This document shows positions 1-11,927 of a DNA stretch of 64,000 bases, one piece after another. A program made the position numbers and the translations under genes. Source of the DNA: Laetmonice hystrix (lineage: Eukaryota). Within the stretch, counting starts at the first letter, position 1; each line of letters starts with the position of its first letter. The notes beneath the pieces were generated by a model that saw only the letters and a list, made by a program, of their open reading frames with translations, was not told the DNA's origin and searched no databases. The stretch spans positions 18,166,001 through 18,230,000 of the forward strand of contig OZ249439.1 in NCBI GenBank assembly GCA_965235115.1. Direction: 5' to 3'.

Positions 1-3000
1 TTCACACCGTATTATGGTTTAATGTAGGACACAGCAGCCAGGTGAGAATTCCGGGAATGTGTCGCGCTCCATCCCACTCGGTGGCAGATGTCTCCCAGAT
101 TGGATGACCTGCCTGACAACTACCACCCTGAGGACGACATGCAGTCACTCTCTACCTGACACAGCCAGAGTCAATCATATATTCTAGTCTGAGGTCACAG
201 GCTCAATAAAGGTTATAAACACACGTTTCACTATAAGTGACATATAGTACTGGGCACCACAATGCTGCGGTACCAATGCTGGCGGTAAACTCTTGGTTCC
301 AAATATATTCTGATCTTTAAATGATCACGATATACAGTTCTTTACCTCTCGCTCACAATCCACAACATATAATAGGCCTACACCAAGTACCCGGATACTA
401 AATCCACTAACACAAAGATTTTCAATAATACCCCTTGGTCAGCCAAATCTCCCAGACAAACAGCCTTGATTATCAAAGGACAGCTCAGACACATCTTCAA
501 CTATTAACGAGTTGTGTCAAACCCACTCGAACCCTGGCTGGTATTCAGTTGTGTCTGTCAAGTGTGTGGCGCCTGCCCTCAGTGGAGATGAAGTACCTCG
601 TCCTGCACGAGTGCCCCCGTCACAAACAGTGGGGAGCATGTATTGTTGAGCAGCTGTAACCATCTGCTCGAGGCTGTCCCCTGACTGAAGGCGGGAGCCG
701 TTATCGCAGCGTTCCCGTGGCGTTACCTTGGTGTCACGAGGCGGCACGCGGCTGGCCAACTCCCGCGTCTCACTACGAGACTGAGCAGCTGACTACACAA
801 CGATATATATATAACTTACCTCAACCCCTACACGTCGAATTTACATTCTATTCACCGATCGCATGTTTTCAATCTTACCGTCTGCCGGGTTCTTCAAGTA
901 ACTTCTTCTATAACCAATATATCATTTAACTCGATTCCCTCATATAGCTAGGTCGATCCTCGTATACAGTGTATATAGTACTGGGGATCACAGTGTTAGC
1001 CCAGTGACTCTCCTCCCAATGGCCATACAAAGGTTAATTAGCGTCATCAAGAAATAGGAAATCTGGGTTGGTCCAATCATTACATTACAAATCTCACTCA
1101 GAAACTCAAGACGCACTGACAATAGCTAAAAGAATGCGACAGATTATCCTTGGTATCTGCGGTATTGGCTCTGCCCGATAACAGATTTTAAATCAATAGT
1201 TGAAATCTGCGTTCTAAAAATTCCCAAGCAGTTTCATAGCACTAAAATCAATCATGTTAGCAGGTATGGCGGACGGATACACGCAAGTTTTCACATGTAG
1301 GTTGTATCAAAGGTCAGAAGCCTAAGGCCCCACATTGTGGTGGTTATATGGTATGACTAATGTACCGTACTCAATCTGTAGAAAACATAAAATAAGAATA
1401 AAGCTTCTATTTCTTTCCTATTCCCTGCTGTTTTGACATTCTAAACCAGAGAACTAACCCACGCCAAGAGTTAGTAGCTGGGACCGACGGGCCTAAAATG
1501 CCAAGATCATTATGCATCAGTTGTTGACGTACAATAACTGACTGAATGTGAAGCACGTGGAGACCCTGCTCAAGTCCCCCACGATCTCCAGACCGATGAC
1601 AAATGTCATAACTATCACATATCTTTAACACACAATTCCCCATCACGACTGCTGGTAGACATGTCAAGATTAACCCCATACTCAGGTGTGGGGCTGAGAG
1701 AGGCAGCAGGCGAGATAACACGTGAACAAGACACATATTTGTTTCTAGTCAATCTCTGGTATGTTGGTCCCAAGAATCCCGTCCGACTTACGTAACTCTC
1801 TTGGATATAGGACATTAAACTCGAGTCTCATTACTCGGTGTTATAACGACTGCTGAAATCATAACCTCTGACTTTAGGATGTCACAGTACTCTTTTCTGT
1901 GTGCTCTCGACTTTCCTATAAACCCCACAATTTGCCATCCCCTGCTGTACACCTAAAACATTGCCATATCGTGTCTTCTATCAAAGGACCAAAGCCAAGA
2001 CCAACTAAATGACCAGGCCTGGCGCAGCCACAACATATTTATCTCTTTGGTGGGTAACCAGCATCCTCTAATCTGGGTAGTTTCAAGGCAGAGGAAGATT
2101 TAATTAAAGTAATAGTTAACCAAACAAAGAATTTCCAGGAAGCTCAGGACATCCTGGGCTGGCTGGGATAAGATAAGATAGCACAGATCCTGTTTGTCGT
2201 ACCGACTGACAGATAACGCGGGTAATCATAGATGTCAAGACGACATGTACGTGACAGAGATTTGTCACATAAGTACCGGTATCAAAATCTATGTATAATT
2301 TACACCTTACATTATAGGACTTTACTGACTACATCTTCATCGACAAAGGTGTTGGGTATCTGATCGTGGGCCATTAATAAAACCCAGGCCCATCATCACC
2401 CATATTTATACACTGCAACCTATGTGGTACGAACTGAAAGCATTGTTACTCCATACGGAATCCTAACAACTTAACTACATAATTATTTCCACTGCAATAA
2501 CACACTACTTTAATTATTTTCTTAATTAAAGAATTGCCCCCTTCGTGAAGAGCATCTAAACAGCGTGACATGTGGGATGACGGTGGTCATAGACCACAGA
2601 GGTAAACCACAGTGGAGTGTCCTCGTGTCGACGACCTACATGCTCCCTGACATCTGGCTGGAACCCCTCTAGCTGCTGCTCCTGTTGACGGCCCAGGGCA
2701 AGCCGAGCAGGTGGCAGTTCACAATACACGCTTCACCCACCCCACAACTCAACCTTTACTGTAAACTTATGGATTTATTGTTATCATTACCAACTTCTGA
2801 CCGTGATTACTGGACCATTGACGACGGTGTGTAGGTACATGTGTCAGGTGTCAACCTGCTCCTTGTGGAGGGCCAATATATGGCTGGAGAAAGGATGCTG
2901 GGAGCTGGCTGTGTGATCGACGCCAGCTGATGCTGCACTCCACAGATGGGAAATAATTACCTGTCCATCACATTACTAAACATACATGGTACCTATACAT

Positions 3001-3331
3001 ATTGGAAGGCCAAATTGAAGCATTGTTCAGTGGTCCATGAGGCGTATGTGAAGACAAAGGTGTATCTATTATACATGGCCTATCCAGATGGACCGCAGGT
3101 TACACTAAGTAAACAATGGGTTCACAGTTTACCCCAGGCCAGAGTACTTTCTAGGTAAATATATTCACTGTATGTCAGCACACAGGTACTGACACTACTG
3201 GTCTATCAAGAATTTACAGTTCATGTACTTTTCACTGTTCTGACACAAATGCCGTGTTTTCATGACCTATCCCATGTAAGCCGACAAAATTCATGTTATT
3301 CAACCCCGTGGCCGACCTGTCTGCTTCCTAC

Positions 3332-3508
3332 CTTGTGTATCGAAAGTGTTCCGTGTATTGGTGCCGTACTTGTTGCTGTTGTTGCTGATGTTGCTGGTGT
3401 TGTGATTGGTGATGGTCATGGTGATGATGATGTACCAGATATTCCTGTCTCTGAGAGACTTGGTAGACCTTGTGGCCGTAGATTACCGGCATCTTGGATG
3501 TCACACTC
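3332..3508 (-). CDS. Candidate 177-nt phase 2-2 exon with poly-His/poly-Gln tract (SVTSKMPVIYGHKVYQVSQRQEYLVHHHHHDHHQSQHQQHQQQQQQVRHQYTEHFRYT)
   Basis: Acceptor ctgtctgtggtggtag|; donor AAG|GTAGGA; the CAN triplet run is in frame with the phase-2 reading. Confidence 0.45.
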
Positions 3509-4506
3509 CTACCACCACAGACAGGCCTAGCTGAGTCACTCAACTCTTCCACACAGGGCGTGTGTGTGTCTGGGGTAAGAACCCTGCACTCCAGTAGCTC
3601 TCTACTCCAGTAAGTGTATCCTTCGGGGTGTGTTCCCATATACGTCTGACCCTTCACTCAACCGGCCAGCTCAGTGCGAGTTGATGTACTACAGTAGGGG
3701 TTCTTTGTGAAGCCCGGACTTGGGACCACTGGCTCGGAGCCAGCACTAACACAATACCAGTCAGCTGCTGAGAAATTAACCAAACAATCCCCGGGACAAA
3801 GCTCAACTCGGCTACCGCCACTCCGAATCTACCAACTTTCATCATTTGGGGCTGCAGTGTGGCTTGATGGACCTAACCCAGTGCTCACTAACTAGGGCAC
3901 AGATGTCGACTGGCAAATGAGGAGAGCCGACTTATCAAGCATGCAACTGGGTCATAACCCTTGACTGCAGCCAATCAGCTGGCACCTAAAGCGGGGCTCG
4001 TCAGCCGCTATTTTGAGTATGGACATGTAAATACCACCCGGTACATGTGATGTAAGAACTGGGGATCTCCCATGGTGGATTACATGGTGGATTGGTTGGT
4101 TACAATGTTTCGGATTGTGTTACACTGACTCATCACCCCATACACAGAATGTAGCCATGTGTATTACACGGTGTGCTGCGTGCACGTGTTGGGAGTGTCA
4201 CGGTAACTCTACAAACAATCTGGGATTATGTAATCGATATGATATATAAATTATACATGCTATGGCAACCTTCTCTCTGTTTTTACTATAGTTTACAGTG
4301 CCCTGTCGGATCACAATAACACTGCTGATTCAGAATCTCTTCAACTACATGGCAAAGGGACCTTTGTTGCTGATCCTGCAATCAACAACCATCATCCAGA
4401 CTCCTGATACCTTGATATAAGGAACACACACTGTCACTGATACCACTGGCAACATTACAGGCTCCATGTTTAAATCTTTAAATGACCTATATTAAATACA
4501 ATTTAC

Positions 4507-4827
4507 CCTTTTTCACGTATCCTCATTGTAAGTTGATTATTATATTTGACACGGAACCTCCAGCAGTGCCACCTAGTGAGCAGTGCTCGACCTAGGAACT
4601 GATATTGTCTGATCACCGCCTCCCCCGCCCCACACACATGCCCCCGTCCGACCAACATCCTGGTGTCGGTACCAGACACTAACCATACGTCGTTATGTCT
4701 GTCAGCATCTCGCATCCTCTGACCCCTCCCCCCCCCCTCCCTCCAATCACAACCAATGTCCTCCAGTGCCTCTAAAGTGACAAGCACGAGTTCTATGTAC
4801 TCCAGCCAGGATTCCTGGTATTCTCCC
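4507..4827 (-). CDS. Weak candidate 321-nt phase 2-2 exon (GEYQESWLEYIELVLVTLEALEDIG...IREK)
   Basis: Acceptor tttttacggtaacttacag|; donor after GG, |GTAAAT; 107 codons open. It contains a poly-G tract and W/C-rich sequence unlike the rest of the protein. Confidence 0.2.
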
Positions 4828-4952
4828 CTGTAAGTTACCGTAAAAACATGTCCAAAAACCTACGTCAAATCAAAACCTTACTTTTTCCTTGTTCCAAACC
4901 ATACATGCCTAGTGTCAGTATCTATTCTCTGTGAGATCTATAATAAACCTAC

Positions 4953-5042
4953 CTTGCATTGTTAACACGTCTGTGTCTGGGCAAGGTCCTTGACTGATAA
5001 TACTCGCTGTAATACACTGTTATATGTTTCCTCCCCGGCATT
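4953..5042 (-). CDS. Candidate 90-nt phase 2-2 exon (MPGRKHITVYYSEYYQSRTLPRHRRVNNA)
   Basis: Acceptor cccttgaccaacag|; strong donor AAG|GTAGGT; open in phase 2. Confidence 0.4.
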
Positions 5043-5738
5043 CTGTTGGTCAAGGGTTTCCACGAGAGTGAATCATTCCCCAGGTTGAGGGTCCCGGAGA
5101 ACCAAGAGACCAGGCTGCTACATTGCTAGCATTCTATTGGTAGAATCATAGTGACAGTGGCGTCACTGCTTCATTTAATTTACTTTAAATCAGGCCACAG
5201 GTCACTAGCCGAGCCAAATAAGGCTCTTCGTTTCACAGTTGATTAAGTGTGGCATAATTATCAAATTACATCATGGCAATGTGCCAGATTATGAAATATT
5301 CCTCGTCGGTCCCATACTAACAGTATGCGGCTATACTTCCGGTCTCCATACCAATGTTATAAAGAAACCAGAGTGAGGTTTTCTCCAGAGTGAGGTTTTC
5401 AAGTCGTGGTTTCAATCTATTTCCCCCCAGAAACAGACATGAGTTGCCAAACCCAACTGATGAGAGCGTATCGTCAATGTTCTTCACAAGGTGGCAGCAC
5501 GGGTTTTACACCGCAAACTTCTAGCACAGTGCACTATGCTGACCTATGACTTTCACACGTTTTACCCCAGGTTATAACTGCACGGTGGCCTCGATAATAC
5601 AATAGTTCAGGGAAGGTAGCGGTTACCACAAGGCCCGTCCTACACAGTACGTCGGTGGGTTGGCACGGTAACAAGATGACCTACGGCTGACCGTCACAAG
5701 TTTCAACCCACTTGGCAGCCACCAGTCTCCCAGATTAC

Positions 5739-5798
5739 CTGCTCCCCTTCCCAACTCGAACCGATGGTAAGGCCAAGGTAGAGCCATGCGGAACGGAG
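5739..5798 (-). CDS. Candidate 60-nt phase 2-2 exon (SVPHGSTLALPSVRVGKGS)
   Basis: Acceptor cccctctcatgtcgtttgaaag|; donor CAG|GTAATC; length divisible by 3 and open in phase 2. Short enough to be chance. Confidence 0.35.
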
Positions 5799-6271
5799 CT
5801 TTCAAACGACATGAGAGGGGTCAACTGTTTTATCAACATTCTCGTTGTAATTGAACTCTGAGAATCAAACTGGTTGAAAAGTTCAACATAACCAGATTCA
5901 ACCACCTCTTTATCACGTTTCCTTTGTTCCCTTTGGCCAGACCTCTAAGTGTGTCATGACACAATGTAAATATTGACACAAACAACTGATGGCGTCCAAA
6001 TATCTTTTTTAACTCTGTCACAGTAACGGCCAAAATGGTTTGTCCCCTGTCAGTGTGAATCAGCCATGTCCTGGTCCTGGCCACTATGCTGCCACCTGGC
6101 GTAAAAGTCGTACACCACTCTGATCACTCTCATACTTTTCCCGATGCATCACGATTCCGCGATAAACCCTGTGTGTCTCCACATTATATATGTGAAATAG
6201 GGCGAAATAATCTGTAGCTAATCCGTAACCTGAAAATATGTATGTATCAAAACGAAATTTGTAAGGCTTAC

Positions 6272-6366
6272 CTTGAACTATATTCGTACGTCTGTTTGGG
6301 GTATGTATGTGTGGAATCCAGAGGTTCTGAATTATCTGTCCTCTCGGGGCTGGAGCCCGGGGAAGT
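6272..6366 (-). CDS. Shroom: Next downstream exon (95 nt, phase 0 to 2): TSPGSSPERTDNSEPLDSTHTYPKQTYEYSS
   Basis: Strong acceptor tctttttattttacttccag|; donor AAG|GTAAGC. Phase 0 matches the giant-exon donor, the frame is open, and the composition is S/T/P-rich like the giant exon. Confidence 0.8.
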
Positions 6367-6600
6367 CTGGAAGTAAAATAAAAAGATACAATGTTATAAA
6401 ATCCTATCATGTATACAGGGTTACCTTCTGAAATTAGAAACCATATTCAGAAATCATATTCAAGTCTTTGCACAAACGGAGAAAATATGAGGCAATAAGC
6501 GTAGTTTTCTGTTAGCATAAAATAATACAAGTTAAATATATATTAATGTTCTGTTTTGGAAGATATTTCTTTAGGAGTTTCACAAACCGAGTTTCCTTAC

Positions 6601-9600
6601 TTGTAATCCAGGTTTATGGTTGGTGGAAGCCTTGTCGTCTTGTGCTGCCTCCTGGCGGCCCTGGTCGGTACTACCAGAGACCCTCCACTCGCCCTCTGTT
6701 CTATCGGTGGCAGGGGAGATCACAGCGTAATTGTCCACGTGTGGAGACTTCTCCCCGGCCCGGTACGGCCACCTCGGGGCTGAGCGCCGCCGCTGTCTCT
6801 GCTGGGGACCCGCCACGTCAGCCTGGTCCTCAAGGTGAGACGATATGTCCCACGGCATGGACTTGGATTTCTTTATGGCTGCCAAGATATGCTCTTGTTC
6901 TTCTTGAGATTTATGAGGAGGTGAGCCATCCTGAGTCCCACCTACCAGGAAGTCGCTGCTTGTGCTGCCCCTACTGCTGATACTTCCATACTTGTCCTTG
7001 GGCAATCCCCGGTCACTGCCGTTACCCGAGCTATCCATACTGCTCGAACTCAGTCTCTTCCCGGTCTTCATCTCAAAGAAGTTGATGACGGCCATGTGCT
7101 GAACCTTCTTCAGTTCGGGGTCGGAGGTACGGTGGCCATCGAGACTGCTCGTACTGGTAGACCTGCCAGAGCTTGGTCTGGTGTGTACCACAGTGTCGTG
7201 CGACCCACGGAACAGGTCGGAATCCCCGGACATCCTCTGGTCCTGTGGCGTGGACGGGTCAGATAAACGATGCTGGGACAACTTTCGGTATTCCTCAACA
7301 GATGGGTCTGAACTCCGATGGAAATGATCACGGTCTGGAGTGTTACCGTACTGGGTTGGATCGGAGTTCTTGTGGCGCTGGATGGGGTCCGACAACTTGT
7401 GAGGTTTGTCCTTAGGCTCGACGTCTGAAACCTTCTGCTTGTCGCCACTTCTCTCTTGGTCACCAATTCTTTCCTTCATGGGACGGATCTGTTCTGAAGT
7501 TGTCCGTTTGAGTTTCTTGGACTGTATGTCGTTTGAATTCAGCTTTGTGGACGACTTGCTACTGGTACTGGCCAGGTCCCACTCCTGTGAGAAGCCGGTA
7601 CCGTCGTGATGCTGTCCTGACTCCCGTCGCACCTCGTCGCCCCGTGGACGGTTGTACCATCTCCTGGGTTTCTCCTTCTGTTGAGGCTCGCACTGCTGCT
7701 GAATGTCTCGGATCTCCTTGTAGTTCTGACGGGAATGATTGCCTGAGGGAACGTTGGACATGGAAACGGATTTCTTGTGACTTCCTAATGACCTTATACT
7801 ACTATAGTCATCCACATTTTCAATCTCCTCAAAAATGCCAAAAGCCTTTCTTAAGGATAGCTTTTTGCTGCGGTCAAACTTAGTACCACCGCTCTTTTGT
7901 CTCTTTGTTGCTTCCTTGTCTGTGGAAGAACCACTTTTACTGTTTGTATCCTGGCTATTATCAGCAGTCTGTCCCTGTATATGTGTGGCCTTGGTGGCTA
8001 CAGCCTGGCTGGCCTCCTGGTTCGTTGCCTCAGAGTCCGGTGACCAGTAGTCCTTGGCCATGTGCCGATGGAGCACGGGGTCCACGGTCCTCCTGCGGCC
8101 CACCTCGGAGGACGGTTCCTGGGGGGCGAGCAGGCGGCCATGGTTGGTCTGCCGCTGGTCTGGGCCGTACCTAGAGTAGCCCAGGCCAGACTTCGCCTGG
8201 TTACCAAAGAACTCCTGCGACAGCTTCCTCAGCATGGAGGTCTGACTGGGCGAGTGGTCATTGATCTGTTGGAGGATCGTGTCCTTAAGGTCACCACTCC
8301 CCTTGCCATCCCCTCGACCGTTCTCCTGAAGTCCAACCTCATATTTCTTTGGACTTTCCTCCCGAATTGTCTCCGGGATGCGGTTGCCTTGCTCCATTTT
8401 ATCAACAATGGGCGCAGTGCGATGCTGGTTTATACCTGACACAGACTGGATACTACTGAGATCAGCATAGTTGTCATGCCCCATGCTGCCGGCTGCTGCC
8501 TGTAACCCATCACTTGTCACATCTGACAACATTGACGGCTGCACCTGACAGCCTTGGTCAGCCTTTTTATGTTTTCTCCTCTCCAGGGTGGACATCGGGG
8601 TGGCAATAGGGGTGACCGTCACCAGGTCCATGTTGACCTGGATCTCCACATTACGGAAGAGAGGTTCAGTGACGACAGGAGCGGCCGCCGTGCGGGGAGA
8701 CATGACTGTATGGGTCGGGTAATACTGATGAGAACTGTGGGCCAGGGCAGCAGACGCTACCTCTGTCTGAGTACCCGTGTTATAATAAGGTTTTTGACGA
8801 ACTATAATGGTATGACCTTGCCCCGACCTTTGCTTGGAAGGCATTGGTGGCGGAGCAGTCTGTGGTAATGGCGGTGCACTCTGGGCGGAGGGTGGGGCTG
8901 ATTTGGGAAGGGATGGGGCTGGACTGGACGGGCTGTTCTGGTCAGTTCTGCGGCTATGGTCACCGTATTGATGGAGTAAACTATCCAGACTGGATGTGTC
9001 CTTCGCACTCTCTCCTTTCCTTTCGGTTTCCTTCCCCGAGGGAAGACCATAGTCCCGCTCAGTTCTCGACTCATACACATACGGGTAGGAGGGTTTCACA
9101 TTGTACAGGTTCTTAATCTCAACCTCCCCCTTCGAGTCTAATAGGAATGATGTAAGCCCAAGTTCATTATCATCACCGTCAACTTTACCCCCAAAAGAAT
9201 GTTTGATAAATTCGTCGGGCCCTATGCCACTGTCTGCCTTCTCCTCAACATGAGGATTGAGGCGGGGTTGGTACGAGGCCCACGAGTTGGCGCGCGACCC
9301 TGTCTTTGTCTTATCCTCCTCTGGACTGGAAACTGGCCACGATGGTATCCGCTCGTGGCTCAGACTGGACTTCATGTACCTGACCTTGGAGTCCTCCCGT
9401 AATGGAGGAATGGGCGGTACAGGAGATGTTATAGACATCCCTACCCCAGAGTCCTCACTCAACATTTTACGGTGGTCTGCCCCATCTTTAGGCCAGGGCG
9501 GGATTTCTGGTGGCTCTGGGCTGTGGTCATTTCGCAAGAACCCATCTGGAAACGTTCTGGAGTGTGTAAGGTTAGAGTAGGAATGTGAATACGCTTGGGC

Positions 9601-10444
9601 TTGTATGGGACTAGCATGAGACGCAGGACTCGTGGCAGCTGCTGCATTTCGGGCTGCCTCAAAAGCATCAATGTTTTCATAGTTATTGGCCTTGTATGGG
9701 GTGGGCCTACTCCAGTAGCTATAGTCCCGTGTGTACATGGGTGTCCTGTAAGCCGCCGAGTGGCCCTTGTCGGCCGAGGCGGGGTCTCCATGCCGTATAT
9801 CCTGCATAGAGTGCGCTGTCACCACGTTTGGCTGACTCGGACCATAGTTGCCATGAGACTGGCCGTGACCAGGCAGAACACTGTGTGACTGCGAATAGGA
9901 CGATGACAAACTAACACTGTTGGTATCCTCAGACAGGTCGTTAAATATGCCTGACCTAGAGCGCGGAGAGAAAGGTAATCCGGAATCTCTACTCGACATG
10001 TCGTACGACGATGACGACGCCTTGCGCCGAGAATCGATGGGTTTGTCCTCCTGAGGGCTCCCACTCACGCTAATGTTGGACATGGAGTTAGGAACTCCGT
10101 GCCATGACATGGACGGCGGAATGCCCGCCGCCGGCCCTGTCGACGACCCGCCCCGGTGGCTGTCGTGCACCCCCAGCGTACTCGCCGACTTGGTGGGGCC
10201 CAAGTTTTGTAGACTCTGGAAGCTTGCATAGCTGCTCATGCTCAGTGAGTCTGCAGAGTTGGCCACATACTGCATGCTGTTGTTCAGCGAATGTTTCGTT
10301 GCTGGTCCACTCTTGACCTCATTGGGCAACTTGCTACCTTTCTTCTCAGCAGGCCTCACTTGCGCCACCTGCTGGTTCTTGTTTGCATCAATGGGATGCC
10401 ACGATACCGGCCGGTCCCGTTTAGTGGCACTGGTGCTTCGAATA
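6601..10444 (-). CDS. Shroom: Giant internal exon (3844 nt, phase 2 to phase 0, ~1281 aa) of a Shroom-family protein
   Basis: Part of the 1308-aa ORF 6580-10506. Acceptor ttctgtctttgcag|T at 10445/10444; donor CAA|GTAAGG at 6601/6600. S/P/H/Q-rich disordered sequence. Ordered motifs match my recollection of vertebrate Shroom2/3: RPVSWH (RPHSWH); SSRDSG (KRDSA); PPLREDS..ERIPSW (PPARSDS..ERPSSW); PSQTSMLRKLSQE (PQETPLLHSLTQE); PELKKVQHMAVINFFEMKTGKR (PELKQFQQSALADYIQRKTGKR, end of ASD1). The family call is from memory, not a database search. Confidence 0.85.
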
Positions 10445-11294
10445 CTGCAAAGACAGAATGGAGAGTAACACATTAGAACTATGAGCTCACAATTTGTTGA
10501 GTACACTAAGAATATACCTGATCTGATCCAATGTTACATTGTATGGACAGGAGTATTACTAGGTAAACAGGACTATGTGTGAGGGCAGTCTTCACGTTAT
10601 ATTCCCCCACCTTATATATACAACAGTCCTGTTATCCATCGTCTCACGGCCGCCCACCGTTACAGTGGTTTAACTTTGACATGTTATTGTTACATTTATC
10701 AATAACCCTTCCTCCTCATACACACACCACTGTCACTATTCTCGTCACAGCAGCGACAACAACACCCAGCTCAGTGTGACAACAGTAATAGGGAGCACCT
10801 GTCACCTCCACGCCTGTCAGTCTCACCTGGCCACACCTGGTCCAAGCCTATACACCCAGCCTAACTCGGGCTTTCTAATACTTCCTGGGTACCTTTCCGC
10901 CCAGCATAAACCAAAAGTGGAAATGTCGACTTTCCGGGGTTTAATTTTTTTTTTTTGCTGAAGCGGTTTTCCTACTACAATCGAAGGTCAAGGCAGTGCG
11001 GTACGTCAGCCTCTATTTACTGAACATGCGCACCAAGCATGGAATATATCTAGAGATATCTAAATAATGACACGTCACAGCTAATAAATAGGTCAACACC
11101 TTAACCTAGAGAAATAGAGAGAAGAAAGGCTGAATCTATCACGAGACCTTACTTATAATCTCTACGAAGAGGAACAAAGAAATTTTAAGGAGACTTTCAA
11201 AGCGAAGATGAGTAATGAAAGATTAAATTTAACCAAATATCACATTTCGCACCCATGCCACAGGACGCGACACTGTTCAGTAAATCATACTCAC

Positions 11295-11312
11295 CTCTGT
11301 CCTTGGCCCATT
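11295..11312 (-). CDS. Candidate 18-nt micro-exon A-ATG-GGC-CAA-GGA-CAG-AG (MGQGQ+S), phase 2-2
   Basis: Acceptor gttatatttgctcag|; strong donor GAG|GTGAGT; strong Kozak context AGAATGG; 850-nt intron to the giant exon. Confidence 0.55.
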
Positions 11313-11717
11313 CTGAGCAAATATAACGATCACATTATACAGGCAGTATCATATTGTATGGGTGTGGTCTTTTGTAAAGACCTACAAACTGTCATTAACT
11401 TTGGTCAATTTGTACGAGTCTTGTTAGGTTTTCGTGTATTCGTGACACTGTCCGTTACAAATAAGGCAGAGTTTGGCACATCGTCTGCAACAGTTACCCC
11501 TTGGTAACGCTGAACACACCAACATTGGGTCGTTACATATCGTAACCAGTGCCAGGACACCACTGATTGTATACCGTCAGCTTGTTTATACACCTTTCTG
11601 TATTCTGTTCTGATCCCAAACGTATAATTTCCAGCACCTGTTGACCTGTTCTCTAACATTCCGACATATATTCATATAACTGGGTTGTGTACATGTTGCA
11701 ATACCAATCCTCGTAAC

Positions 11718-11905
11718 GTCTTATTTCCACTCCCGTCACGGGACACTTGGGGGTATGACATGGTGTGTATGTACATGTAGTTCACATGTCCATCATGAAC
11801 CGAGGATCTGTAGTCTTATTTCAACTCCCGTCACGGGACACTTGGGGGTATGACATGGTGTGTATGTACATGTAGTTCACATGTCCATCATGAACCGAGG
11901 ATCTG
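11718..11905. repeat. Tandem duplication, 95 bp x2
   Basis: Near-identical copies start at 11718 and 11813. Confidence 0.95.
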
Positions 11906-11927
11906 AAGGTTGTGATCCAAGACCAGA

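Noticed and set aside
515-530. B-box-like GGTTCGAGT (also at about 5752-5762; TTCGATCCC at about 30085)
   Set aside because: There is no properly spaced A-box or cloverleaf, so no tRNA or SINE can be supported.
517-820. GC-rich exon-like region with donors at about 818 and about 727
   Set aside because: The implied 27-nt intron is too short and the phases do not link to the phase-2 chain. No consistent model.
1615-1693. Strong acceptor at 1693 with a phase-2 frame PTPEYGVNLDMSTSSRDGELCVKDM*
   Set aside because: There is no convincing donor, and termination here would omit ASD2. Left unresolved.
2166-2182. GATA-site triplet GATAAGATAAGATAG
   Set aside because: It is equally well explained as a short pentamer slippage repeat.
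4755-4835. Plus-strand MSSSASKVTSTSSMYSSQDSWYSP followed by GTAAGT
   Set aside because: No downstream plus-strand acceptor or coding exon was found, and it overlaps a minus-strand candidate acceptor.
7110-10476. Many 60-125-aa ORFs overlapping the giant exon on either strand
   Set aside because: These are shadow ORFs of a GC-rich coding exon, with no independent splice signals or recognisable motifs.
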